55,897 bases of DNA from Octopus bimaculoides (taxonomy: Eukaryota): NCBI RefSeq assembly GCF_001194135.2, contig NC_068992.1, forward strand, positions 54,197,225 through 54,253,121, in the 5' to 3' direction. The translations under genes and the position numbers were made by a program. Shown one piece after another: positions 24,634-36,366 of the stretch. The notes under the pieces are model-generated. The model did not search any database and was not told where the DNA came from. It was given only the letters and a program-made list of their open reading frames with translations. Position 1 is the first letter of the stretch, and the number at the start of each line of letters is the position of its first letter.

Positions 24634-25808
24634 TTATAAACATAATTTAGGGATCAGCAAATATTTGCTTCACCATATACCGAAGTTCAGAAATAGCAGC
24701 TTTTAATTTGTAATAATTGTATATATATATATAAGAGATATTACTGCTGGAATTATATATTTTCGACAGTATAGCTACTTTGTTTATGGAAGATTTTAAC
24801 TTGATCAGTAATTGCAGTTGTTTTAACTACTCAACTAAAATCTTATCGCTTTTGATTAGTCCTGCAGGGTATGGAAATCTTGTTGAATCCAAATTTATTT
24901 TACTACTGAGATTTCATTCTCTGACAGATATTTTCCTGGTCTATAAACCATTCTGCTATGTTTAGAGGGAATTTGCGCTATAGGTCCTTCACTTGATATT
25001 GAACACATTTCCAATACTTTAGATACTGTCGTTAGAATTTATAATTTACAATCATGAGATTTACAATATCTCTGAACTATTTCTGGAGACGAAGACAATT
25101 TGTGGCATTATTACAAGCTGGCTGCGTTTGTCTCATTCCCAAGGTAATACAAGTAGATAGAAGTGCTTTACTCAAGATTGCAGTGAAATTCTCTTAATAT
25201 AATTATGTGAACCTACAGGTTTATAACATATATCATCTTTCATCATATCCCCTCCCTTAAGTTTTATATATTTCAAATGATTATTGTTGTTATTATTGTT
25301 ATTATTATTATTATTATTATTATGTCTTACTGTATCAAATCTTTCCAATTATAACTCAAATCATCCAAACAACAATAGGTTCTGAGAATATGGGATTGTA
25401 AAACAAAAAGAAGAAAAAAAAATGATTGAAAAACTGAAAATGGTGTTACCACAATTTGCAGAAAAAATTTTGACAGGAGTTATAACAGGAATATTTGAGT
25501 TGTGACTCCCATTTCAAATTACAATATTGAATAGAAAATACTCTACATTTGTTTTATCATATATTGGCAAGCAATCATTACATCTTAGTTGGTTTTTTTT
25601 TTTTTTATGTTTCTTCTTTTAGTGCAGGCTTATTGTTAAAGTAACATTTTTATATCAATTTATTTCTTATATATAAATATATATGTGTGTGGTTTTATAT
25701 ATATATGTGTGTGTGTGTATGCATGTGTGTGTTAAATAAATTTGTTTCGAGAAAATTGTGTCTGAATCAGTAAAACTTTTTTTCTACATTTAGAAAATTT
25801 GTTTATAT

Positions 25809-25975
25809 AGGTGTAGGCATGGCAGTGTGTTAAGAAGTTTGCTTCCTAACTACATGGTTTGGGGTTCAGTCCCACTGCATGGCACCTTGAGCAAGTGTCT
25901 TCTACTATAAGCCTTGGGCTTATCAAAGCCTTGTATGTGGATTTGATAGGTAGAAACTGAAAGAAGCCTGTTGTG
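25809..25975 (+). mobile_element. SINE-A 5' half
   Basis: AGGTGTAGGCATGGCAGTGTG...GGTTCAGTCCCACTGCATGGCACCTTGAGCAAGTGTC...GAAAGAAGCCTG. Confidence 0.85.
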
Positions 25976-26185
25976 TGTGTATGTGTGTGTCTGTGCACGC
26001 ATGTGTGTATCTCTCTCTCTAAAACAAGATGCTGTGTAAGACAGATTGATATTTTTTGTAAATGCACAAAAACAGTTTTAAGGGCTACATACTTTCTATT
26101 GTTGGTATTGGATTAGCGAATCAATTATGAGAAGGGAACCAAGGGATAAGCCCCGCTTCCCAGGAAATACCAGGTACGTCAGCTA

Positions 26186-26227
<42 letters not shown>

Positions 26228-28566
26228 ATAAGAGTGAAAAAACTACAGAAGGCTTGTGTTACATGGTTAAAGTATATATTTAAATTGTGTCAGAAAAATG
26301 TTATAAAATCTTTTTGGTATATAAACATTGTNNNNNNNNNNNNNNNNNNNNNNNNNNNNNNNNNNNNNNNNNNNNNNNNNNNNNNNNNNNNNNNNNNNNN
26401 NNNNNNNNNNNNNNNNNNNNNNNNNNNNNNNNNNNNNNNNNNNNNNNNNNNNNNNNNNNNNNNNNNNNNNNNNNNNNNNNNNNNNNNNNNNNNNNNNNNN
26501 NNNNNNNNNNNNNNNNNNNNNNNNNNNNNNNNNNNNNNNNNNNNNNNNNNNNNNNNNNNNNNNNNNNNNNNNNNNNNNNNNNNNNNNNNNNNNNNNNNNN
26601 NNNNNNNNNNNNNNNNNNNNNNNNNNNNNNNNNNNNNNNNNNNNNNNNNNNNNNNNNNNNNNNNNNNNNNNNNNNNNNNNNNNNNNNNNNNNNNNNNNNN
26701 NNNNNNNNNNNNNNNNNNNNNNNNNNNNNNNNNNNNNNNNNNNNNNNNNNNNNNNNNNNNNNNNNNNNNNNNNNNNNNNNNNNNNNNNNNNNNNNNNNNN
26801 NNNNNNNNNNNNNNNNNNNNNNNNNNNNNNNNNNNNNNNNNNNNNNNNNNNNNNNNNNNNNNNNNNNNNNNNNNNNNNNNNNNNNNNNNNNNNNNNNNNN
26901 NNNNNNNNNNNNNNNNNNNNNNNNNNNNNNNNNNNNNNNNNNNNNNNNNNNNNNNNNNNNNNNNNNNNNNNNNNNNNNNNNNNNNNNNNNNNNNNNNNNN
27001 NNNNNNNNNNNNNNNNNNNNNNNNNNNNNNNNNNNNNNNNNNNNNNNNNNNNNNNNGAAAACTCATCGTTGAAATCAATAGAAGATTCATACTTTTGCCT
27101 TTAGTGTATATATGTGATCATAAACATATGTGGTATACAGCACATATGTATAGATTTACGTTCATATCGGACATATGATAGGCCAAGAATTATGGTATAT
27201 TCATAAGCGTGCATATATATGTATCTGAGAGCGTGGCACTTATGTGTGTGTGTGTGTATATATAAATATATATCAGAGGATATACATGTAAACAAATGTA
27301 TGTGTAGTTGTGTGTGGATGTATGTGTGCTTCGGAGTGTGTGTATGTGTGTATGCAAGTTTATACACACATATATATATATGCACATACAGGCACTCACG
27401 CATGTGCTTACATACATGCAAGTATTTATATGTATATATGTATGTATATGTACATATATGTTTGCACACGTACATGCATATGTATGTATATATATATTTA
27501 GAGATAGAGAGATATGTACGTATGAATGTATGTATATGTACATATACACACAACACATACATTATATACATAAGTAAGTTCTGTTGTGATCCTGTGTTGA
27601 GTCAATGAGATATCAGCCATATGAAGTCTGATGCTAAAACAGGATGTAACTAGATTCAATAGCAAAGTAATGAAGGCACCAGAAGATACCAAAATACTGA
27701 CCATCTTACCAGTTCACTCATGTGTAACATATTTAGTCTTTTAGTTTGTGAGTTCTTGAGATTTTTTCAGTATTTAGTGTCTTCTTGTGATGTTTACTTA
27801 TTTTTGTTTTGTTGTTGCTGTTTTTGTTGTTGTTGTTGTTGTTGTTCTTTAGTTTGACATCAATTAGGCTTATTCAGATAGTGGATCATTTGGTTTTCTT
27901 ATGTATGTGTGTGTGTGTGCGCATGTGTGTGTATGTGTGTATACATATATATATATATATATATATATTTCTTATACGTGTGTGTACATACATACATANN
28001 NNNNNNNNNNNNNNNNNNNNNNNNNNNNNNNNNNNNNNNNNNNNNNNNNNNNNNNNNNNNNNNNNNNNNNNNNNNNNNNNNNNNNNNNNNNNNNNNNNNN
28101 NNNNNNNNNNNNNNNNNNNNNNNNNNNNNNNNNNNNNNNNNNNNNNNNNNNNNNNNNNNNNNNNNNNNNNNNNNNNNNNNNNNNNNNNNNNNNNNNNNNN
28201 NNNNNNNNNNNNNNNNNNNNNNNNNNNNNNNNNNNNNNNNNNNNNNNNNNNNNNNNNNNNNNNNNNNNNNNNNNNNNNNNNNNNNNNNNNNNNNNNNNNN
28301 NNNNNNNNNNNNNNNNNNNNNNNNNNNNNNNNNNNNNNNNNNNNNNNNNNNNNNNNNNNNNNNNNNNNNNNNNNNNNNNNNNNNNNNNNNNNNNNNNNNN
28401 NNNNNNNNNNNNNNNNNNNNNNNNNNNNNNNNNNNNNNNNNNNNNNNNNNNNNNNNNNNNNNNNNNNNNNNNNNNNNNNNNNNNNNNNNNNNNNNNNNNN
28501 NNNNNNNNNNNNNNNNNNNNNNNNNNNNNNNNNNNNNNNNNNNNNNNNNNNNNNNNNNNNNNNNNN

Positions 28567-28594
28567 GATATACCCTCCAGCCTTCTTCAGGTGT
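28567..28594 (-). ncRNA. 5' half of a hammerhead ribozyme-like motif (remainder in gap)
   Basis: The minus strand reads ACAC-CUGAAGA-A-GGCUG-GAGGGUAUAU-C and then enters the gap. The CUGANGA core is canonical. The last visible C is the first base expected for the 3' arm of helix II. The GAAA half cannot be seen. Confidence 0.45.
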
Positions 28595-28647
28595 CTTGGG
28601 GAAATTTCGAACCTGGGTTCTCATTCCTAAGGTATTTTTTGATGTTG

Positions 28648-28688
<41 letters not shown>

Positions 28689-28780
28689 GTTAGTGTTCAG
28701 GCCACTGCTTGGAATCAAACTCGGAATTTTGGGGTTAGTAGCCCGCGCTCTTAACCACTATGCCATCTGCCTGTGGGCAT
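28567..28780 (-). mobile_element. tRNA-headed SINE-like element with an (AAT)n spacer and hammerhead-like 3' part
   Basis: A box TGGCATAGTGG (28765-28755), B box GTTTGATTCC (28720-28711) and a tRNA-Ser(GCU)-like GTGGTTAAGAGCGCGGGCTACTAACCCC. These are followed by (AAT)n, a 50-bp body containing GGTTCGAAAT, and then CTGAAGA. Confidence 0.65.
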
Positions 28781-28784
28781 ATTC

Positions 28785-29030
28785 TTTTATTCTTTTACGT
28801 GTCTTAGTCATTAGGATACGACCATGCTGGGGCACTGCCTTGAAGAATCAACCCGAGTATATATTTTTAATACCTGGTACTTATTCTACCAATCTCTTTC
28901 ACTGAACCGCTAAGTCACAAGGATATAAACACACCAACACCAGTTGTCAATTGGTGGTAGGGAACAAATACATACATGCACATAAATGACAGACTTCTTT
29001 CAGATTCATTCAACCAAATCCACTTGGATG
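28785..29030 (-). mobile_element. SINE-A variant, 3' half plus part of the head
   Basis: TCTTTTATTCTTTTAC...ACCATGCTGGGGCACTGCC...GGTACTTATTCTAC...GAACCGCTAAGT...CTTCTTTCAG...CCAAATCCAC. Confidence 0.75.
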
Positions 29031-29074
29031 GCCTAACTCAGCTATCTATCTATCTATCTCATAATTTGCCTCTG

Positions 29075-29290
29075 TCTTTGTTTGTGTTTGGCTCCCCCAT
29101 CACTTGACAATCAGTGTTGATGTCTTTTGCACCCCTTGTAACCTTACAGTTTGGCAAAAGGAACCGATAAAATAAGCACCAGGCTTAAAACAAAATATAA
29201 GTACTAGGGCTGATTTAATCAACTAAAATTCTTCAAGGTGGTGCACCAGCATGGCTGCATGTCTCATGACTACTCAAGGAATAAAAGAAT
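29075..29290 (+). mobile_element. SINE-A variant, 3' half
   Basis: CACTTGACAATCAGTGTTGATG...GGCAAAAGGAACCGATAAAATAAGCACCAGGC...CAGCATGGCTGCA...GAATAAAAGAAT. Confidence 0.75.
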
Positions 29291-29433
29291 GTGTGTGTGT
29301 GTGTGTGTGCGTGCATATGTGTATTTGGGAGGAGAAGATAGCTTTATGGCAGGTGATAAGAGGTTAAAGTATGATAGAATGATATGCACAGGTGTGTCGC
29401 TATAGAGAAGATCCATGGTGATTCCACAGTATA

Positions 29434-29653
29434 TTCTTTTCTTCTCTAGGCACAAGGCCTGAAATTTTGGGGGAGGGGGGCCAGTCAATGAGATCTACCC
29501 CAGTATGCAACTGGTATTTAATTTATCAACCCTGAAAGGATGAAAGGCAAAGTCAACCTCGGCGGAATTTGAACTGAGAATGTAAAGCCACATGAAATAT
29601 CACTAAGCATTTCGCACAGCGTGCTAACGTTTCTGCCATCTCGCCACCTTTAA
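29434..29653 (-). mobile_element. SINE-D, full length with 11-bp target-site duplication
   Basis: TCCACAGTATA flanks the element at 29423-29433 and 29654-29664. The minus strand reads AAGGTGGCGAGATGGCAGAAACGTTAGC...CTCAGTTCAAATTCCGCCGAGGTTGACTTTGCCTTTCATCC...GGCCTTGTGCCTAGAG. Confidence 0.92.
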
Positions 29654-29783
29654 TCCACAGTATACTGGAACCAGTAGTAGTAAGTGGGAAGAAGATAAAG
29701 ATGGGAATGACGGGTGCTTGATCAAAATCTCAATGTACACATTTATATGTATAATATAATACATAGACATGTGTTTGAGTACA

Positions 29784-29814
<31 letters not shown>

Positions 29815-30288
29815 ATGTATAACATTTTAGGCATGTGTATAAGTACATATGTGCATGTATCAATATGTATGCATGTGCGTGTGTGTGTGTGTGTGTGTGT
29901 GTGCAAATCTATGCGTACTTAATTGAAATAAACATTTTTGAAATAAACAGGAAAAATGTTCATTCATCTATCTTCCTGTTTATTTTAATTATCTCATCAT
30001 AAATCTGACATGAAATATGTGAATATACTGAAGGCATATGTACATATGCAACATAACTGTCTTCATTCAATCTCTGTTTACTATGAGAATAGTTTGATAT
30101 CAGCGGGAGGGCCTTATGAAGTTTCTTCCTTGCAAAGATGTTGCCTGGAAAGCCAGCTATATATTCTTGTAAATAGCGATTCGTTATAAGTTTGATATGA
30201 TAAACTAACAATTGTGTTAAAAGTAATGGTTGTTCTTGATGTTTTTGCTGTTGTTGGTTGGTGTCTGGTAATATTAGTCAAGAAGTAA

Positions 30289-30742
30289 CGTGGTGAGCTG
30301 GCAGAATCGTTAGCATTTTGTCCATCTTTACGTTCTGAGTTCAAATTCCACCAAGGTCAACTTTTCCATTCATCCTTTCAGGGTTGATAAACAAAAGTAC
30401 CAGTTGATCGTTGGGGTCAATTACATTGACCCCCATAATTGCTATCCTTGGGTCAAAACTTGAAATCCTTATTATTCTCATTAAGGTGGTGAGCTCACAG
30501 ACTCGATAGCACACTAGGCAAAATGCTTGGCAGCGTATCGTCTGTCTTTACATTCTGAGTTCAAATTCTGCTGAGGTCGACTTTGCCTTTCATCGTTTCA
30601 TAGTCAATAAAATAAGTACCAGTTACACACTGGGGTCGATGTGTGCCTTTAGTAGAGAGGATTATTATTATTATTATTAAGGCAGTGAGCTGGCAGACTC
30701 ATTAGCATGCTGGGCAAAATGCTTAGTGGTATTTTGTCTGTT
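30289..30742 (+). mobile_element. Three SINE-D copies head-to-tail (third truncated)
   Basis: GGTGAGCT(GGC)AGA heads occur near 30291, 30488 and 30684. The second and third each begin directly after the ATT-rich tail of the preceding copy. Confidence 0.85.
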
Positions 30743-30777
30743 TTGTTGATTACATTGTTATTATTGTTGTTATAACA

Positions 30778-31085
30778 TGAAGGCATGTGGCTTGATGGCT
30801 AGAGTATTTGATTCATGATCAGAAGATCATGAGTTCAATTCCCAGCGATGCCTTGTGTCCTTGAGCAAAACACCTTATTTCCTCCGCTGGCAAAAGTGTG
30901 TTGTACCTGTAATTCAAAGGGCCGGCCTTGTCACCCTCTGTGTCACACTGAATCTTCTTGAGAACTACATTAAGAACACACATATCTGTGGAGTGCTCAG
31001 CCACTTGCACGTTAATTTTACTACAAGTAGGCTGTTCTGTTTGATCATATCACCTGGAGCACTCGTCATTGAAACAGAGAGCCAA
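30778..31085 (+). mobile_element. SINE-C (SINE-F head joined to SINE-B tail)
   Basis: Head TGAAGGCATGTGGCTTGATGGCTAGAG...GAGTTCAATTCCC...TGTGTCCTTGAGCAAAACAC; tail TCAAAGGGCCGGCCTTGTCAC...GTGCTCAGCCACTTGCACGTTAATTT. Confidence 0.85.
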
Positions 31086-31971
31086 GCCATTGTTGTTGTG
31101 GTGGTTCTTGTTGTTCTTCTTGTTGTTGAAACTGTTTTGTTCTTAGTGTTGGTATTATCAGTGTTGTTCTGTTAAGATTGACAAAATAATATATGAATCA
31201 TCTTCTGAGGAGGGGGGGGGTCAATACACTCAAAATTTAATCTCTCTCTCTCTCTCTCTCTTCCCCAAATTTTTGATCATTGGCCAATTTTAGATATAAA
31301 TATATCTTCTTTATCGTCATCACCTTTGTTGCTTTAGATATTGTCATCATCACTGTTATTGATGTTCCTGTTGTTATTTGGCCCCAGGTTAGACCTGACT
31401 GAGAAAACCTACGATCAAAGGCACTCCCACCATGACCCTGCTGTTTTTATTTAGACATTGTGCACCAGTATGCTTAAACTATGTTATGGAATATATCTTT
31501 GGTGGGGGGATGGGGGTAGTTGAGGGGGTTGTAGGTGGTGGGGGGAACTGGAGTTGGAGGGTGCAGAATCCATTACAATCACAGGATGTGATTCGAGGGA
31601 GATTTGGCTAATATTTCTTGGAGGTGAATGTTGTTGCTGTTATGTTCTCGTTCTATAGTCATCACATCTACGAAACATCATTGCCAAGACTAACGGCAGA
31701 GCATCGAGTTCAATAATATATACAGTCTTGCATTTATTGCCATTTCTTCCTCTCTTTCCACCCCTATCCACCTCCCACTGCCCCCCACCCCTTCCTCCAC
31801 TCCTCTCTATCAACATCGTCATCAACAGCAGCATCATGTTTGCCATTATCATCATCATCATCATCTTCATCATCATCATCTTCATCATCATCATCTTCAT
31901 CATCACCACCACCATCACCATCACAATCATTTGACATTAATCTTTCTTTATTTCCCCATCACCATCACCAC

Positions 31972-32002
<31 letters not shown>

Positions 32003-32259
32003 TTTTTTTTTAATGCTAACTCTTTAAAATATTCTTTAATGTCGTTATTGTCATTATCGTTATAATAATCATCATTGTTATCATCAATATCAATCATTGT
32101 TATTATCATTATAATTATAGGAAATTATTTATTGATCAAATGTTTGATTATTATTATTATTGTTCTTGTTGTTGTTGTTCCTATTATTATTATTATTGTT
32201 ATTATTTTTATTATTAGTACTAGTATTAGTGTTATTCATGTTGCTATTATTATTAGTAC

Positions 32260-33140
32260 TTGGTCGGTGAATTGGCAGAACCATTTACATTGTCAGACAA
32301 AAATATCTTACATTATTTGTTCTGGCTTTTTATGTTCAAACACTGCCAAGGTTTTTTGTATACTTCATCCCTCCAGGGTTGTTGGCATAAGGAACGAGTC
32401 ACACACTAGGTTCCCTAGTATCAATAAACTCTTTCTTCTAAAAGCTGCTGGTCGTGAACCAAAATCAGAACCGACATGGGTGGTGGGTTGGCAGATTCAT
32501 TACAGTATCAGAAAAAAATATCTTGTGATATTCCTGCCAGTGGTTTACATTCTTGGTTCAATTCCAGTCATAGTCAACTTTGCATTTTATTCTTTTAAGG
32601 TCTATAAAATAATGTACCAGTTGAGTAATGGGGTTGACAGGTTTGACTAACCCCATTTCCTATCAAAATGTCTGTCCTTGTGCTATGTAGAGTCATTAGC
32701 ACATTAGATAAAATGCCTAGGAAGTTCTCATTTGGCTGGAATTGAGTTTGCCTTTCAGCTCTTTGGCAGAGTTCCATAAAATAAGTATCAGTTGAGCTCT
32801 GGGGTTGTTGTAATCAATTAACTCCCTTCTCAAAAATCACTGACCTTGTACTTAAAATTAGAAGCCATTTAAAGGTGACAAAGTGACAGAAACATTACTG
32901 TGACAGACATGATGCTTAGCAGCATTTCTTCAGGCTCCAAATTCTGCTCAGGTAAAAATTTACCTTAAAAAGTTTTATTATTTCTGAGTTCAAATTCTGC
33001 CGAGGTTGACTTTGCCTTTCATCCTTTACAGTTCAATAGACTAAGTACCAGTTGAGCAGTGGGGCCAATGTAATCTTTTAATTCCTCCTTTGAAATTTCT
33101 GGCTTTCGGCAAAAATTTCAAATCAATATTATTATTATTA

Positions 33141-33179
<39 letters not shown>

Positions 33180-33230
33180 GCCAAGGTCAACTTTGCCTTT
33201 CATCTTTTCGTGGATTGATAAATTATTTAG
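32260..33230. mobile_element. Cluster of diverged SINE-D fragments in both orientations
   Basis: Plus-strand fragments lie near 32262-32410, 32875-32950, 32983-33130 and 33180-33225, with a minus-strand-like piece near 32620-32770. They were recognised from GAGTTCAAATTCTGCCGAGGTTGACTTTGCCTTTCATCC and GTACCAGTTGAG. Confidence 0.65.
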
Positions 33231-33879
33231 ACACTAATATGATAAGCAGGTTCTTCATTCGATGAAATAACTGACCCCTTAACACCAAAACCAATAGAGA
33301 TACATTTTCATTTAACCTTGTCATGACATACGTACATTTCTCTGATTACCCTTTTCCTTCTCTCCGGACTTGCTGACAAAGAGCCATGCTCAAAATGTCA
33401 CACCCCATCTTTTTTCCATCATAAACTTCCTCTGAGCATCACTCTAATACATTCACTGTGTATGTCTTTTTGATTTTTTTGTTTTCCCTGTTTTTGTTTT
33501 TGTTTTTTATTTGCCAATATACATATTTATATTGGCAAATTATATATATACTATCTTGCCCCATGCCATCAAAAATGAGAGCTAATTATAGTATTTTATA
33601 CGTAAATAAGGTACAAAACAAAATTCTTCAAAAGAATATTTAAGTTTTCCTTCCTTCTTGTACAACTTAAGGCCACATAAAGCTGGCTGTGTCTAAATAT
33701 GGGATAGAATATGGCTGGTAAATCAAATTAATACACTTCTCAATGTTATCTAGTGGTTGTCTTTTGAGATGTGACATCGATCATCGTTTGTTACTGAAAG
33801 AATGCTGATTCACACATACAAACATCTACATACTTTTCAAACAGTTATATTATGAAACTTAAACATGAATTCAGACATG

Positions 33880-34260
33880 CACACAATTGATACCCTGTTG
33901 GTTATGATAAGTATTCCAGTTGACCTAATCGTTCATAAGTTGATCTGGTCAACTTATGAAATCCACGTGCAAGTGGCTGAAAATTCCACGGACATGCATC
34001 CCCTTAATTACTTCCCTTCTCAAGTCATACTGACTCATAAGGGCCAGTCTCCCAGTTTCCATGGCATATTAATTTCCCACCTGGATGGGACGCCAATCTG
34101 CTGCAGGATTACTCCTTTTTCCCAGCTAGTGGACTGGAGCAATGTGAAATGAAGTGTCTTGCTCAAGATCAGAATGCATCACCCAGTCCAGGAATCAAAA
34201 CCACAATCTTACAATCATGAGTCCAACACCCTTATCATTAAGCCACGTGACTCCACATTG
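33880..34260 (-). mobile_element. SINE-C-like element with an extra central segment
   Basis: It contains CACGTGCAAGTGGCTGA (shared tail) and GGAGCAATGTGAAATGAAGTGTCTTGCTCAAGA...GTCCAGGAATCAAAACC...ATTAAGCCAC (shared head). Confidence 0.75.
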
Positions 34261-34271
34261 CATTCCCTTAA

Positions 34272-34492
34272 CCCTTTAGCATTTAAATAGTTCATATCTG
34301 ACTGAAATATTTTACCTGTTTTATGTTCAAATCGACCAGATCTGGTCCTTTACACCTGCACTACAATGTCATTCTAAAAACAAATAACCACACCATTGAA
34401 ATCTCAAAGCTATGAGATAATGCATAATTAATTTAGAAACACCACAGATAAATACGCATAACAGATGACGAATTAATATAAATACTAAAAGG
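34272..34492 (+). mobile_element. piggyBac-like MITE, about 220 bp
   Basis: The left end is TTAA|CCCTTTAGCATT and the right end is a degenerate AATACTAAAAGG|TTCA. The interior is a reverse-orientation relative of 38974-39185 (shared ACCAGATCTGG and TTATGTTCAAA motifs). Confidence 0.65.
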
Positions 34493-35404
34493 TTCATGTA
34501 GTTCTAAGGAAGATTCAGCATGACACAAACAGTGTGGCTAGGCAGGCCTTTTGAAGTATGGATACAAAGGGACTGGCAGCAAATAAAAGAAATCATCATC
34601 ATCATAATTATTGTTATTATTATTACTTTNNNNNNNNNNNNNNNNNNNNNNNNNNNNNNNNNNNNNNNNNNNNNNNNNNNNNNNNNNNNNNNNNNNNNNN
34701 NNNNNNNNNNNNNNNNNNNNNNNNNNNNNNNNNNNNNNNNNNNNNNNNNNNNNNNNNNNNNNNNNNNNNNNNNNNNNNNNNNNNNNNNNNNNNNNNNNNN
34801 NNNNNNNNNNNNNNNNNNNNNNNNNNNNNNNNNNNNNNNNNNNNNNNNNNNNNNNNNNNNNNNNNNNNNNNNNNNNNNNNNNNNNNNNNNNNNNNNNNNN
34901 NNNNNNNNNNNNNNNNNNNNNNNNNNNNNNNNNNNNNNNNNNNNNNNNNNNNNNNNNNNNNNNNNNNNNNNNNNNNNNNNNNNNNNNNNNNNNNNNNNNN
35001 NNNNNNNNNNNNNNNNNNNNNNNNNNNNNNNNNNNNNNNNNNNNNNNNNNNNNNNNNNNNNNNNNNNNNNNNNNNNNNNNNNNNNNNNNNNNNNNNNNNN
35101 NNNNNNNNNNNNNNNNNNNNNNNNNNNNNNNNNNNNNNNNNNNNNNNNNNNNNNNNNNNNNNNNNNNNNNNNNNNNNNNNNNNNNNNNNNNNNNNNNNNN
35201 NNNNNNNNNNNNNNNNNNNNNNNNNNNNNNNNNNNNNNNNNNNNNNNNNNNNNNNNNNNNNNNNNNNNNNNNNNNNNNNNNNNNNNNNNNNNNNNNNNNN
35301 NNNNNNNNNNNNNNNNNNNNNNNNNNNNNATATATATATATATATATACACACACGTGCAGGTGCATCACAGATCTTTCCAATACCATTGGTTCCAAAAC
35401 CCTA

Positions 35405-35550
35405 ACAAGTTTCTTTCAATTTCTACCTACAAAATTTACTCGGAAGGCTTTGGTCAGTATGGGGTTATCGTAGAAAGCACTTCGTCAAAGTACCACACAA
35501 TGGGCGATGGAACTGAACTCAAAACCATGTACTTGAGAAGCAAACATGCC
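35405..35550 (-). mobile_element. SINE-A 5' fragment, diverged
   Basis: TTTCTTTCAATTTCTACC...GAAGGCTTTGGTC...GGAACTGAACTCAAAACCATGT. Confidence 0.65.
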
Positions 35551-35984
35551 TGTTGCCTACAGCATTGCATTATCATTATCCAGACAGAATGTGCCTCACT
35601 AAAGATTTACCTCTTTATTACAAGCTATGTAGGATGTACCTCATGGCTGCTTTATATCATTGTCCATCGAGAGTGCCTGTACCTCACCATAGATATAGCT
35701 CACTGTTACTATATATAACGCATATCCTATCGTTGTGCTTCTTGCCTTCATTTGAAATTTCCATGGTATTGACGTCATCTTCCATACTTCTATCTTCCAC
35801 ATTCCATCAATCTGTCTCTTTTCTGATTTTTCTGATTGTCTCCAGGTGCTTTGAAATTTGATAGTCTGTATATTTTTAACTTTATAGTAAAAAAAAAAAA
35901 GAAATTTAAAAAACCTCATCTCAGACATTTAGAAATGTAAAATGCCAAAAATCTCATAGTTACTTAATAGGTCATCATTACTGC

Positions 35985-36015
35985 TTTCATATTATTATTA
36001 TTATTATCATTATTA

Positions 36016-36055
<40 letters not shown>

Positions 36056-36108
36056 CATTATTATTATTATCATTATTATTATTATCATTATTATCATTAT
36101 TATTATTA

Positions 36109-36169
<61 letters not shown>

Positions 36170-36253
36170 CATTATTATTATTATTATTAATCACCCTGGT
36201 GGCAAATAAAAGAAATCATTATTATTATTATTATCATTATTATTATTATCATT

Positions 36254-36294
<41 letters not shown>

Positions 36295-36366
36295 CATTAT
36301 TATTATTATTATTATTAATCACCCTGGCGGCAAATAAAGGAAATCACTATTATTATTATTATTATT
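35985..36366. repeat. (ATT/ATC)n microsatellite with two embedded 30-bp islands
   Basis: AATCACCCTGG(T/C)GGCAAATAAA(A/G)GAAATCA occurs at 36189 and 36317. Confidence 0.9.

Noticed and set aside
25080-25144. Protein-like SGDEDNLWHYYKLAAFVSFP ending at a good donor (AAG|GTAATA)
   Set aside because: The only in-frame acceptor is a GAG with a poor pyrimidine tract, and an in-frame stop lies just upstream.
31659-31718. Acceptor TTCTCGTTCTATAG followed by HHIYETSLPRLTAEHRVQ*
   Set aside because: There is no credible donor and no family was recognised. It sits between low-complexity tracts where such matches arise by chance.
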